Positions 38,794 to 47,879 of a stretch of DNA of 64,000 bases are shown here, in pieces (the stretch's first letter is position 1; the number at the start of each line of letters is the position of its first letter). A program made the translations under genes and the position numbers. Location: contig JBPCLP010000008.1 of assembly GCA_051003195.1 (NCBI GenBank), positions 1 to 64,000 on the forward strand. The letters run 5' to 3'. The notes beneath the pieces were generated by a model. That model searched no databases. It was not told the DNA's origin and saw nothing but the letters and a program-made list of their open reading frames with translations. The DNA comes from Candidatus Sumerlaeaceae bacterium (GTDB lineage: Bacteria > Sumerlaeota > Sumerlaeia > Sumerlaeales > Sumerlaeaceae).

Positions 38794-39666
38794 ATGAACC
38801 ACATCGATTCAACAGGCAGTGCGGCAGGCGTGAACATAATGCCGCAGGACGGCATGCGGGAAGTGGAGCCGCTAAGCGGCATCCGCGCATTCGGTTTGGC
38901 AGCGGGCACACTGTGGCAGCGCGAACTGGTGCGATTTTTTCGGCAGCCTTCGCGTGTGATTGGCGCGTTTGCATCGCCACTGGTCTTCTGGCTGCTCATC
39001 GGTTCGGGGCTGGGCCGATCTTTTCAGCCACAGAATTCCGCCGGTGCGGCGGGGGGCGATTACCTGCAGTACTTTTTTGCGGGAACGCTCCTCCTGATTC
39101 TGCTGTTTACCGCGATCTTTTCAACGATATCGCTGATCCAGGACCGGCGCGAAGGATTTTTGCAGGGAGTCATGGTAGCGCCCATTCCGCGAGGTGCGAT
39201 TGTCATGGGGAAAGTGCTTGGCGGAACCACCCTGGCGATGTTGCAGGGCCTGCTGTTTCTTTTGCTGGCGCCCCTGGCGGGCATCTCCGTCGGCCCGTCG
39301 ACAGGTTTCCTCGTAGCCGGTGCGAGTTTCCTGGTGGCATTTGGACTCACGGCGCTGGGATTTGTGCTGGCCTGGCCGATGGAAAGCATCCAGGGCTTTC
39401 ATGCGGTGATGAACCTCGTACTGATGCCGATGTGGCTTCTAAGCGGAGCGTTGTTTCCGGCCTCGGGCGCGAGTGGCTGGGTTCGTGCACTGATGCTGGT
39501 CAATCCGCTGACATACGGACACTCGCTGATACGTCGCGCCCTGGCGCCTGACATCGTGGTCTCGCCGGGTCTCGGGGTGTCGCTCGGCATTACCGTGGGT
39601 TTCGCGATCGCCACATTTGCAGGTGCGTGGATCATGGCATCGCGCAAGAGGAGAATGCCGCTGTGA
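38794..39666 (+). CDS. ABC-2 type transporter permease
   Basis: About 6 TM segments; motifs DRREGFL, LSGALFP and NPLTY. Confidence 0.92.
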   Translation: MNHIDSTGSAAGVNIMPQDGMREVEPLSGIRAFGLAAGTLWQRELVRFFRQPSRVIGAFASPLVFWLLIGSGLGRSFQPQNSAGAAGGDYLQYFFAGTLLLILLFTAIFSTISLIQDRREGFLQGVMVAPIPRGAIVMGKVLGGTTLAMLQGLLFLLLAPLAGISVGPSTGFLVAGASFLVAFGLTALGFVLAWPMESIQGFHAVMNLVLMPMWLLSGALFPASGASGWVRALMLVNPLTYGHSLIRRALAPDIVVSPGLGVSLGITVGFAIATFAGAWIMASRKRRMPL

Positions 39667-39683
39667 GCAGCGAAGGCGGAGAG

Positions 39684-40421
39684 ATGATGACGGAGTCGGC
39701 AGATGGTCAAGCAAGCGCGGCCGAAGTTGGGTCGACTCGCCAGCGGTCGTCATCGCCGAAAGGCGCGTGGCTGGCGTGGATTGCGTTCACCGTGTTGATT
39801 ATCGGCGTTGGCGCCGCGGCGATGTTTCAGAAACTACAGGGAGCGCGGCTCGGCGAGCCGCTCCCGAAGCTCGGGGCTGTTCCGGCATTTGGCTTTACGA
39901 ACGAGAAAGGGACGTCCGTTACGCTGGCGGACCTGAAGGGGCGGCCCTGGGTGGTCGATTTTATTTTTACGCGGTGCGGTGGCCAATGCCCCCTGATGAC
40001 GAGGCACATGATGGGCCTGCAGGGCTGGTTGCGGGACAAAGGGCATACCGAAGTGCAACTGGTGAGCGTGACGGTAGACCCTGAAACGGACACTCCTGAA
40101 AAGCTGGCGGAGTATGGAAAAACTTTCCACGCAGATCCCGGACAATGGACTTTTCTGACCGCTGCTAAACCTGAGATTTACGATTTGATTACCACCGGTT
40201 TTAAGCTGGGCGTAGAGGAAAACCGGGACAAGCCGGTGACGGAGATGTTTGTTCACAGTAATAAATTTGCGCTGGTGGATGCGGAGGGGCAGATCCGCGG
40301 CTATTTCGTGCTGGAGGAAGAACCGGAAATGAAGCGCATGCAGGCAGCAATCCGGCGCATCGGCATCGAACAGCGGGAGTCGCGGAAAAACAGCACCAGT
40401 GCCGACGGAAAGGACTTCTAG
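39684..40421 (+). CDS. SCO1/SenC family copper chaperone
   Basis: Motifs FIFTRCGGQCP, VTVDPETDTP and HSNKFALVD; one TM anchor. Confidence 0.93.
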   Translation: MMTESADGQASAAEVGSTRQRSSSPKGAWLAWIAFTVLIIGVGAAAMFQKLQGARLGEPLPKLGAVPAFGFTNEKGTSVTLADLKGRPWVVDFIFTRCGGQCPLMTRHMMGLQGWLRDKGHTEVQLVSVTVDPETDTPEKLAEYGKTFHADPGQWTFLTAAKPEIYDLITTGFKLGVEENRDKPVTEMFVHSNKFALVDAEGQIRGYFVLEEEPEMKRMQAAIRRIGIEQRESRKNSTSADGKDF

Positions 40422-40517
40422 TGTGGCGAACCAGAAGTTCATATCCACGTATCGATGTGATTCTGCGCTCGTTCGGCACACAGAACCAGTGAACGGATTT
40501 ATGGGACACCGCACCAG
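40418..40517 (+). mobile_element. ~100-bp MITE-like element, copy 6
   Basis: CTAGTGTGGCGAACCAGAAGTTC...GTTCGGCACACAGAACC...CACCAG; the CTAG supplies the SCO stop. Confidence 0.8.
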
Positions 40518-40520
40518 AAC

Positions 40521-40961
40521 GTGCTGAATCGTCCTCTCAATGATTTGCCGGGTTTGAACGCATGCCTCAATGCGACCAGTGCGATGCTCCTGATTCTCGC
40601 ATGGGTTTTCATTCGCCGCGGAATGGTACGGGCGCACGCGTATTGTATTACTGCCGCGCTGGCGAGTTCCGCTGCGTTCCTGACCTCCTATCTATACTAC
40701 CATTTTGTGCTGCACGGACGCACGCCTTTCGGGGGTAGTGGGATCGTTCGGACGATTTATTATAGCATCCTGCTTACGCATACCGTGCTGGCGATGGTCA
40801 TTGTGCCGTTGATCGTGATGGCGCTCGTTCACGCTGCGAGGCGGCACTGGGACAAACATCGCCGACTGGCTCGATGGACGATGCCGCTGTGGTTGTATGT
40901 TTCTGTGACGGGTGTCCTGGTGTACTGGATGCTTTACCAGATGCCCCCGGTGTTGCGATGA
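40521..40961 (+). CDS. DUF420 family membrane protein
   Basis: Motifs LNACLN, FLTSYLYYH, ILLTHT and HRRLARW..PLWLYVSVTGV. Confidence 0.92.
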   Translation: MLNRPLNDLPGLNACLNATSAMLLILAWVFIRRGMVRAHAYCITAALASSAAFLTSYLYYHFVLHGRTPFGGSGIVRTIYYSILLTHTVLAMVIVPLIVMALVHAARRHWDKHRRLARWTMPLWLYVSVTGVLVYWMLYQMPPVLR

Positions 40962-41242
40962 CGAAAGAGCAAATTGCAAAGACCGAAAGATTCAACAGCC
41001 ATTCGGCGGCGCGCGCGGTTGCGATTGGCGTGTTCATAGTGTTGTGTTTCGGCGCGTGGAGCTGTCCTATGTGCAAAGATGCGGTAACGAGTGAAAGCGC
41101 CAGTGGAACTGCAGGCGCAACCATCGGGACGCGCGCACGTGGGTACTACTACAGCATTGTTGGAATGGTAAGCATGCCATTCCTGGTAATCGGTGGTGTG
41201 ACGTGGGCTCTGATGCGGGAACGTCGTACCGGCACAGCATAG
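40958..41242 (+). CDS. Small membrane protein with CxxC (CPMCK) motif
   Basis: ATGA overlap with the DUF420 gene; signal/TM segment, CPMCK, second TM segment. Confidence 0.75.
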   Translation: MTKEQIAKTERFNSHSAARAVAIGVFIVLCFGAWSCPMCKDAVTSESASGTAGATIGTRARGYYYSIVGMVSMPFLVIGGVTWALMRERRTGTA

Positions 41243-41285
41243 ATTAGCCTGTTGCATTAGTGGTGGATGGCGTCCGCCTGAACGT

Positions 41286-42752
41286 GTGCCTGATAAACCT
41301 TTCGAATTAAGCCAGCCTGTGGACGTGGATACCGGAAAGCAACGGCGCCGCGGTTGTGCCGGCTGTGGGTGCAGCGGTGGTTGCCTCACTGTTGTCGCCG
41401 TGTTAAGCCTGCTGCTCGGACTTTTCATCGTCAGTGTTCCAGCGGTTATCCGGCATTTCATGATGAAATCGATGACCACGGCTGATAACACACGACTGCA
41501 AACTCTGCTTAGAACTCCTGTAAACTTCCCCGCGGACTGGCAACAGGCGCCGGTGTTCTCGCTGGAGCTTAAGGCGGGTGTTGAGCGCACCGCAAAAGCA
41601 TTCGACGCAACCGCCACTTCTTTCACCACCCAACTGCAGGATACGACCATTACGGCCGCGATCATCGCGCTGCAGACCCGAAATCCTATCACCCCGGAAG
41701 CATGGACATCTATCGGGTTAATCGTCAGAGCAGCCAATTCGGTTATGCAGGAGACTTCGGCAATCGCACATCTGCCGGACTACACGGCGGAATGTATTGC
41801 CCGTGCCGACCTTTGGGAGAACTCTGCCACCGGTATAGGGCTCGCCCACACCTTGCAGTTGGGACCAGCATGGGCACTTGCAGCGCATGAGTCCGCACGT
41901 GCGGAGGATTGGCCGCTTGCTTTCCACCAACTGGAAACAGCGTTTCGCCTGGGCCAGGCGGCGGCAGCCCCCGGCGATCCTGCATCGCGGTTGCGCCAGC
42001 ATTTAATCCGCCATGCAGCCATTGCGACGGCTGCGATTGTAACGAGCTGCACGCAGGTTCAGCCAATGCATCACCTTCTGCACAGCCTTCGGGAGATACG
42101 TCCGAGACTGGTGCATGCGTCTGAGATGGATCCGCTGGCTCGTGATGCCGTGGGCAAGCTCCGCCAGTATGCGCGCGACGGCTTCCCTTCGAATCTGCAA
42201 CCGGGCCAGCCGGGTGCCTTCTATATCCTTCAAGGAATTGAGGCCGAAGTTTACAAGTACCCGAAATTCATGGCGGAGAATCTGCCGTTTACGGATCCGC
42301 GCAGGCCTGATTTCGAGCAGGCCGTGCGGCAGGCGGAGACCATGGGCGGCGTCGTGCGACTGAGCACGCTGCTACATCTCGCGGCAAGTTTTGTCCCGGA
42401 TGTCGTCGTCAGAGTGCTGATGCAGGTTAATCCAAAAAGCGCGGCGGATGAACAGCGGACAAATGCGTACGTAGATCTGGCCGCTCTTGCGCTGGCGAGC
42501 CGATTGTACGAAGTTGAGAGAAACGTGCCGCCGGGTTCGGCTGGAGATCTTGTTCCCGCGTTTATTGAAGCGCCGCTGCAGGATCCGTTCAGCGGAAAAG
42601 CGTACTTGTGGGACTCAGCCTCAGCGCGGTTTTACAGCGTCGGCCCTGACGGGAAGAACGATTACCTGAAAACGATTTCGGGCTCGGATGACGATCCAGG
42701 GGATATTGTACTGGGCAGCGATGGCTCGGCCTATATTGCCTATTGGCCGTAA
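41286..42752 (+). CDS. Membrane-anchored hypothetical protein with GspG-like C-terminal motif
   Basis: GC-rich motif GCAGCGCSGGC before the TM; C-terminal DLVP...DPFSG...YSVGPDG.ND...DI. Confidence 0.7.
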   Translation: MPDKPFELSQPVDVDTGKQRRRGCAGCGCSGGCLTVVAVLSLLLGLFIVSVPAVIRHFMMKSMTTADNTRLQTLLRTPVNFPADWQQAPVFSLELKAGVERTAKAFDATATSFTTQLQDTTITAAIIALQTRNPITPEAWTSIGLIVRAANSVMQETSAIAHLPDYTAECIARADLWENSATGIGLAHTLQLGPAWALAAHESARAEDWPLAFHQLETAFRLGQAAAAPGDPASRLRQHLIRHAAIATAAIVTSCTQVQPMHHLLHSLREIRPRLVHASEMDPLARDAVGKLRQYARDGFPSNLQPGQPGAFYILQGIEAEVYKYPKFMAENLPFTDPRRPDFEQAVRQAETMGGVVRLSTLLHLAASFVPDVVVRVLMQVNPKSAADEQRTNAYVDLAALALASRLYEVERNVPPGSAGDLVPAFIEAPLQDPFSGKAYLWDSASARFYSVGPDGKNDYLKTISGSDDDPGDIVLGSDGSAYIAYWP

Positions 42753-42759
42753 ATAAGAG

Positions 42760-42787
42760 TCGGCACACCAGAGAACTGGTGTGCCGA
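42760..42787. terminator. 12-bp perfect hairpin between convergent genes, made of two element ends
   Basis: TCGGCACACCAG-agaa-CTGGTGTGCCGA. Confidence 0.65.
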
Positions 42788-42795
42788 ATTTGTAA

Positions 42796-43176
42796 TCAAG
42801 TTGCCGAAAGAGTCTTTTTTGCGGACTCGCTGATCTTCTGGTTCGAGTCTTCCCGCTCGCGAATTACTTTGGCGGCTTCCTCCTGCAGGTTGACCGGTTC
42901 CGGTTTCGATGGCTTTACCCGGATGACAAAGTCGTCGCGTGTCTCGCTGCCCAGCTTGGCTGTAAAGCCCTCGTTGCGCAACGCCTGGAGTAAATCGCGC
43001 TGCACTTGACGCACTTTGTCTGTCTCTGCAAAGGTTCCGTATCCGCGCTTGTAGCGCCGGACTTCGAGCCGGTAGCCACCCGTCTGTGTCGCTGCAGGGT
43101 CGTAATCCAGCATGAAGTCGGGATAGTTTCGCAATACCCGCTCGGCCAAATGACGAAGTTTAGTCTCGTCGGCCAA
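42796..43176 (-). CDS. Hypothetical protein
   Basis: AAGGAGG RBS and TTG start; 126 aa. Confidence 0.7.
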   Translation of the reverse strand: MADETKLRHLAERVLRNYPDFMLDYDPAATQTGGYRLEVRRYKRGYGTFAETDKVRQVQRDLLQALRNEGFTAKLGSETRDDFVIRVKPSKPEPVNLQEEAAKVIREREDSNQKISESAKKTLSAT

Positions 43177-43269
43177 TTGCCCCGCCTCCTTTCTGCAGTC
43201 TTCTAATTAACAGTTATAACTCAAAATGAGGTAAGTTCGTCAAATGGATTTTGCGCGAGCTCCGGAGGG

Positions 43270-43626
43270 TTAGCCGTTTTTGAGTTCGCTCAGAATGTTC
43301 GATAGTTCTTTCAGGCGGGATCGATTAATCCGCACGGTGGGGCCGGTCCAGTCCGGATTGGTGGCGAGGTCTCGTTTTGCTTCATCCACCATGTCGGTTA
43401 TGAGAGAGATAATTGAAGGCAAATCAAGCACCTTGTCGATAGCCACGGCTGCTTCCTCCGGGGCATAGATATAGCTCGTCCCTTTGATCTGATCCTGGGC
43501 GGCCTTGGCGGCCCGAAGCGCTCCGATTGTGAACCTGGTTTCCAAGGGGGAGGTGACGTCTCCTGCTGTAGAGTGTACATTTACATGCTTTGTTGTTGAG
43601 GGATAGTACCTGTCCAACCGGTCCAT
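43270..43626 (-). CDS. Hypothetical protein
   Basis: 118-aa ORF directly downstream of the amylosucrase gene. Confidence 0.6.
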   Translation of the reverse strand: MDRLDRYYPSTTKHVNVHSTAGDVTSPLETRFTIGALRAAKAAQDQIKGTSYIYAPEEAAVAIDKVLDLPSIISLITDMVDEAKRDLATNPDWTGPTVRINRSRLKELSNILSELKNG

Positions 43627-43647
43627 TCAAGTAACTTTGCGCTGAAT

Positions 43648-45624
43648 TTAGGACTCACGCAGCTTACTGGGTGCTGCCGACAGCCACAGAAGCTGGTAAG
43701 AAGACAGGTTCAGCGGCTGGTCTGCATCGTACGGGGTACCAGTGATCCGGTCGGTGCAATGTGAGCCGATGCCTCGCAGAATATCGGGGTGCAGCTGGTG
43801 CGACGTCTCGGTCATGTTCGCAATTACCACGATCGGCTCGGCCTGGTGCTCGCGGCTAAAGGTCAGTACATGTGGATTACCGGTATGGATGGTTCGCAGT
43901 GTCGAGCCTGACAGTGCAGGGAGGGCTTTGCGGGTACGGAGGAGCCGCTGGATTCCGGTGAAGAATCGTTGGGGCAGATCGGCTGCGCGGCGTTCAGCAG
44001 TGCCCCAATGGAAGGCGGGACGATGAACCCATCGGCTGTCCTCGGCTTTTTCTGGATTCGCTTCGTAGGAGTAATCGTTTAACTGCCCGATCTCGTCGCC
44101 AAGGTAGATCAACGGGATCCCGCCGGCGGCAAAGATCAGCCCGTGAAGAAGGAGGATGCGCGCGAGCGCCAGTTCGGTAAGTGTTTGCTGGTGCTTTCCT
44201 GAGTCCTTGAGCGCCTCTTCAAGTCCGGCTAAAGACGCCAAGGTTCCGCTGACGCGGGCGTCGCCGGTGACGGGATTCTCCTGGAACGGAACGCCGCGGG
44301 CGAACGAGCCGGAAAAACGCCCGGTGTAGAATGCGTTCAGGAACTGACGGTGACCATGCGGATCGATGCCGACTCGACGGGCATCGTCATCAGCGAAGGT
44401 CCATCCGATGTCATCATGGCAGCGGACATAATTAACCCATGAGGTGCCGGAAGGAAGTGCGTATCTTGTGGCGAGACTATGCTCGAGCAGGCGTACCTCG
44501 CGCGTAGCGAGAGTTTCCCAAAGCAGTGCCATGAGCAGCGGATTATAGGATAGCTGGCACTCGCCGGGCGAGACATATTTGAGCACTTCGTCGGGATGGA
44601 CAATGGCCTCACTTTTGAACAGCAGCGCTGGTGCAGCGATGCGCACGATAGCATTCATCGCCTGGATGATCATGTGCGCCTCGGGCTGGTTTTCACAGGT
44701 CGTGCCGAGTCGCTTCCATATAAACGCGACCGCATCCAGGCGAAGAATTTCGACGCCCTGGTTTGCCAGGAAAAGCATCTCCGCAGCCATGGCGCGGAAC
44801 ACCGCTGGATTATCGTAGTTCAGGTCCCACTGGAAGGAATGGAATGTCGTCCAGACCCATCGGTGCATGGTTTCGTTCCATGTAAAACTGCCACGGCGGG
44901 TGGACGGGAAGATTTCGCGAAGCGTTTGCTCGTAAGCGTCGGGTTCGGTTCGATCAGGAAAGGTCAGGTAGAATTCGCGGAACTCGACGTTGCCCGATTT
45001 TGCGCGCTCAGCCCAGAGGTGTTGGTCCGAAGTGTGGTTGAAAACGAAATCAAGGCATAGACTAATGCCGGCGTTGCGGAATTCATGACTGAGTGCTGCA
45101 AACTCGTCCATCGTGCCGAGACGCGGGTCCACGTCGCGATAACTGCTGACCGCGTATCCGCCATCGGAATTCCCCTCAGGCGAACGGAAAAGAGGCATCA
45201 GATGCAGGTAGGTGATTCCGAGTTCCTTAAGATACGGGAGACGCGCCCGGAGACCCGCCAAATCCCCGGCGAAGAGGTCGACGTACGCAATGGCGCCGAC
45301 CATCTGGTTGGACTGAAACCAGTCGGGAGTTCGTTCTCGCTGAAGGTCGAGTTCGTGTAGCTCGGCGGGTCGAGCCTGGAACGCCGCGGCCGTTTCCAGC
45401 AGCAGCTGCTCGAGCTGATGTTCGAAATCTGAGCGGCTGCCGTAGAGGAACAAAAGCAGGTCGAACAGGCGTGGCCATTCGCCTTGGAGGCGCTGTTCGA
45501 AATGCGCGAAATGATTCGCGGACGTAAAACTCGACTTCAACCGCGGGAGCTGCCGAGTGAGGACTTCTGAGGCATTCGTCACTGCAGCTTCAGAACTGCT
45601 ATGGTGAGGCTGTGAATTCGGCAT
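43648..45624 (-). CDS. Amylosucrase-like GH13 enzyme
   Basis: Motifs DGGYAV, DFVFNHT, QWDLN, RLDAVAF, KSEAIVHP, RCHDDIGW and RISG-like RVSGTLASL. Confidence 0.92.
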   Translation of the reverse strand: MPNSQPHHSSSEAAVTNASEVLTRQLPRLKSSFTSANHFAHFEQRLQGEWPRLFDLLLFLYGSRSDFEHQLEQLLLETAAAFQARPAELHELDLQRERTPDWFQSNQMVGAIAYVDLFAGDLAGLRARLPYLKELGITYLHLMPLFRSPEGNSDGGYAVSSYRDVDPRLGTMDEFAALSHEFRNAGISLCLDFVFNHTSDQHLWAERAKSGNVEFREFYLTFPDRTEPDAYEQTLREIFPSTRRGSFTWNETMHRWVWTTFHSFQWDLNYDNPAVFRAMAAEMLFLANQGVEILRLDAVAFIWKRLGTTCENQPEAHMIIQAMNAIVRIAAPALLFKSEAIVHPDEVLKYVSPGECQLSYNPLLMALLWETLATREVRLLEHSLATRYALPSGTSWVNYVRCHDDIGWTFADDDARRVGIDPHGHRQFLNAFYTGRFSGSFARGVPFQENPVTGDARVSGTLASLAGLEEALKDSGKHQQTLTELALARILLLHGLIFAAGGIPLIYLGDEIGQLNDYSYEANPEKAEDSRWVHRPAFHWGTAERRAADLPQRFFTGIQRLLRTRKALPALSGSTLRTIHTGNPHVLTFSREHQAEPIVVIANMTETSHQLHPDILRGIGSHCTDRITGTPYDADQPLNLSSYQLLWLSAAPSKLRES

Positions 45625-45755
45625 GTTTCGCCTGGCAGCTTGCGATTCCAGTGCCATCCAGGCAGGTTTACAGTTGAGCAAAGGCGCCCTGGAAGCACTG
45701 CGTGAAGAGCCGCCGCCCAGTGAAGACTGACGTCAGCGCGTCCTCTGACGAAGAA

Positions 45756-46106
45756 TTACCGCTGCATTCCCACGCAGTAGTCCGTCACGTCTGGCGTCCT
45801 CCATTTCAGCGGGAAGCCGATGCACTGAACTGGTTTGGAAGCGTGGACCTGGCAGCGGTTGTTTTCGAGGAAGATGCAATCCATCTCCGGCCCGGGTTTG
45901 TCGAGGAGCCATAAATCGCCGGCCGAAGAGTGGTCCGTAATTTCTGGTGTGCGGGTATATCGGGATTGAAATTCGGCGACGGAGATTTTGAGCAACGCAG
46001 CCATTTGTCCGATGTCTTCCGGGGTGACTCGGACGTAGCCTTCGCCGCGGCAACAGTTCCCGCACATCGCGCAGGAGAATTCTGTAATGTTGTAGCTGTC
46101 GCTCAT
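45756..46106 (-). CDS. YkgJ family cysteine-cluster protein
   Basis: Motifs CAMCGNCC, CIFL...C.VH..KP.QC..FP and YCVG. Confidence 0.9.
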   Translation of the reverse strand: MSDSYNITEFSCAMCGNCCRGEGYVRVTPEDIGQMAALLKISVAEFQSRYTRTPEITDHSSAGDLWLLDKPGPEMDCIFLENNRCQVHASKPVQCIGFPLKWRTPDVTDYCVGMQR

Positions 46107-46173
46107 ACCTAAGATCGCAGTCGATTGCACAACGTACCGCATCTTTCATTCGATGCGCGATATACAAGTCGGA

Positions 46174-46890
46174 ATGGGACGCAGCCTCGAATCCATACAA
46201 CGCGAAGTGATCGCGTGCCGCGCATGCGAACGCCTCGTGGAATGGCGCGAGCGAGTCGCGCGTGAAAAGGTACGTCGTTTTCGCGACCAGGATTACTGGG
46301 GCAAGCCCGTGCCGTCGTTTGGCGATCCGACTGCGCGGCTGTTGATTCTTGGTCTTGCACCGGCCGCGCATGGGGGCAACCGGGTGGGACGCATTTTCAC
46401 GGGCGATCGTTCGGGCGATTGGCTGTTTCGTGCGCTCCACAGGGCCGGATTTGCAAACCAGCCGACTTCAGTTTATCGGGAGGATGGACTGGAACTGCGC
46501 GATTGTTACATTACGGCAACAGCGAGATGCGCCCCGCCGGATAATAAGCCGCTGCCGTGCGAGCTGGAAACTTGCCGCGGTTTTCTTGATCGTGAAGTCG
46601 ATATTTTATGGCCGCAGTTAAAGGTGGTAGTGGTCCTGGGGAAAATTGCGCATGATGCGTGGCTTGCGCAATTGCGGCGGAGAGGCATTGAACTCGGCAA
46701 ACCTGTGCCGTCATTTGGACATCTGGCGGAGCATCGTTTTGCAGGCGCTCCAGCGCTGCTTTGTTCGTTTCACCCGAGCCAGCAGAACACGCAGACGGGA
46801 AAATTGACGGAGCCAATGTTTGATGCGGTGTGGGAGCGCGCCCAGAGCCTGGTTTGTGGCAGGAATGCCGAACTTGGAATGGAGCTTTAG
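46174..46890 (+). CDS. Uracil-DNA glycosylase, family 5 (UdgB-like)
   Basis: Motifs CRACERL, GLAPAAHGGNRVGRIFTGD, RCAPP and HPSQQN. Confidence 0.93.
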   Translation: MGRSLESIQREVIACRACERLVEWRERVAREKVRRFRDQDYWGKPVPSFGDPTARLLILGLAPAAHGGNRVGRIFTGDRSGDWLFRALHRAGFANQPTSVYREDGLELRDCYITATARCAPPDNKPLPCELETCRGFLDREVDILWPQLKVVVVLGKIAHDAWLAQLRRRGIELGKPVPSFGHLAEHRFAGAPALLCSFHPSQQNTQTGKLTEPMFDAVWERAQSLVCGRNAELGMEL

Positions 46891-46944
46891 GCTGGGTTAG
46901 TACCGCAACAACAATACTGCCCAGGCGAAAGCCTGTACATCGGG
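46874..46944. repeat. Inverted pair of REP-like units
   Basis: Degenerate TTGGAATGGAGCTTTAGGCTGGG and GCCCAGGCGAAAGCCTGTACATCGG. Confidence 0.65.
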
Positions 46945-47018
46945 ACGAAATTGAATGCGCTTCCTGCAGGATGTGAAAACCTTTTGCACATGCGAGCGGC
47001 GTCGCAGCGAATCCGATT

Positions 47019-47879
47019 ATGAGTGACGATATTCTTCTCGGTGCGCACATGAGCACGGCGGGCGGTATGCCGCGTGCGATTGAACGCGGCGAATCCATTG
47101 GCTGCACGGCAATCCAGGTTTTTGTTAAAGGCAACACGCGCTGGCAGTGGCCGCCACTGAAGCCCGAGGACATAAAGCAGTTTCGCGAGGGAATGGAGCG
47201 GAAGAGTATACGTTCAGTAATCGCGCACGCTATTTACCTCGTGAATCTCTGTTCCGACAAGCCCGAGTTTGTACGAAAGTCGATCGACGATATGATCGAT
47301 GAAGTGAACCGGTGCGACGTGCTTGGCATCCCGGGCGTGGTGATGCATCCTGGTGCACATTGCGGTGCGGGTTGCGAAGCCGGTATTGAAGCAATTGCCC
47401 ACGGTCTCAACGAGGTGTTTGCCTCGACACCAAAGGGCACAGCGCGTATCCTGCTGGAGACAACGGCAGGACAGGGCTCATGTCTTGGGAATCAATTCGA
47501 AGAGCTGGCGGCGATTATCGATGGCGTGGAACGCAAAGATCGGCTGGGCGTTTGCCTGGACACGTGCCACGTATTTGCAGCCGGTTTTGACGTGCGGACG
47601 CGCGAAGGCTACGACCTGATGTGGAAGGACTTTGACAGAATCGTCGGTCGCAAAATGTTGATGGCGATTCACCTGAACGACAGCAAGCAGCCGCTGGGAT
47701 CACGAAAGGACCGTCACGAGCACATCGGCAAGGGCCAACTGGGGCTGGAGCCGTTCAGGTTCATTATGAACGACCCGAAACTGAAGAAAATACCCAAGGT
47801 CCTCGAAACCGACAAAGATGACAAGATGACGGAAGACCAGGAGAACATGGCGACGCTTCGGTCGCTGCTGGCGAAATGA
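47019..47879 (+). CDS. nfo: Endonuclease IV
   Basis: Motifs GAHMS, HAIYLVNL, HPGAH, ETTAGQG, DTCH, HLNDSK and DRHEHIG. Confidence 0.96.
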   Translation: MSDDILLGAHMSTAGGMPRAIERGESIGCTAIQVFVKGNTRWQWPPLKPEDIKQFREGMERKSIRSVIAHAIYLVNLCSDKPEFVRKSIDDMIDEVNRCDVLGIPGVVMHPGAHCGAGCEAGIEAIAHGLNEVFASTPKGTARILLETTAGQGSCLGNQFEELAAIIDGVERKDRLGVCLDTCHVFAAGFDVRTREGYDLMWKDFDRIVGRKMLMAIHLNDSKQPLGSRKDRHEHIGKGQLGLEPFRFIMNDPKLKKIPKVLETDKDDKMTEDQENMATLRSLLAK

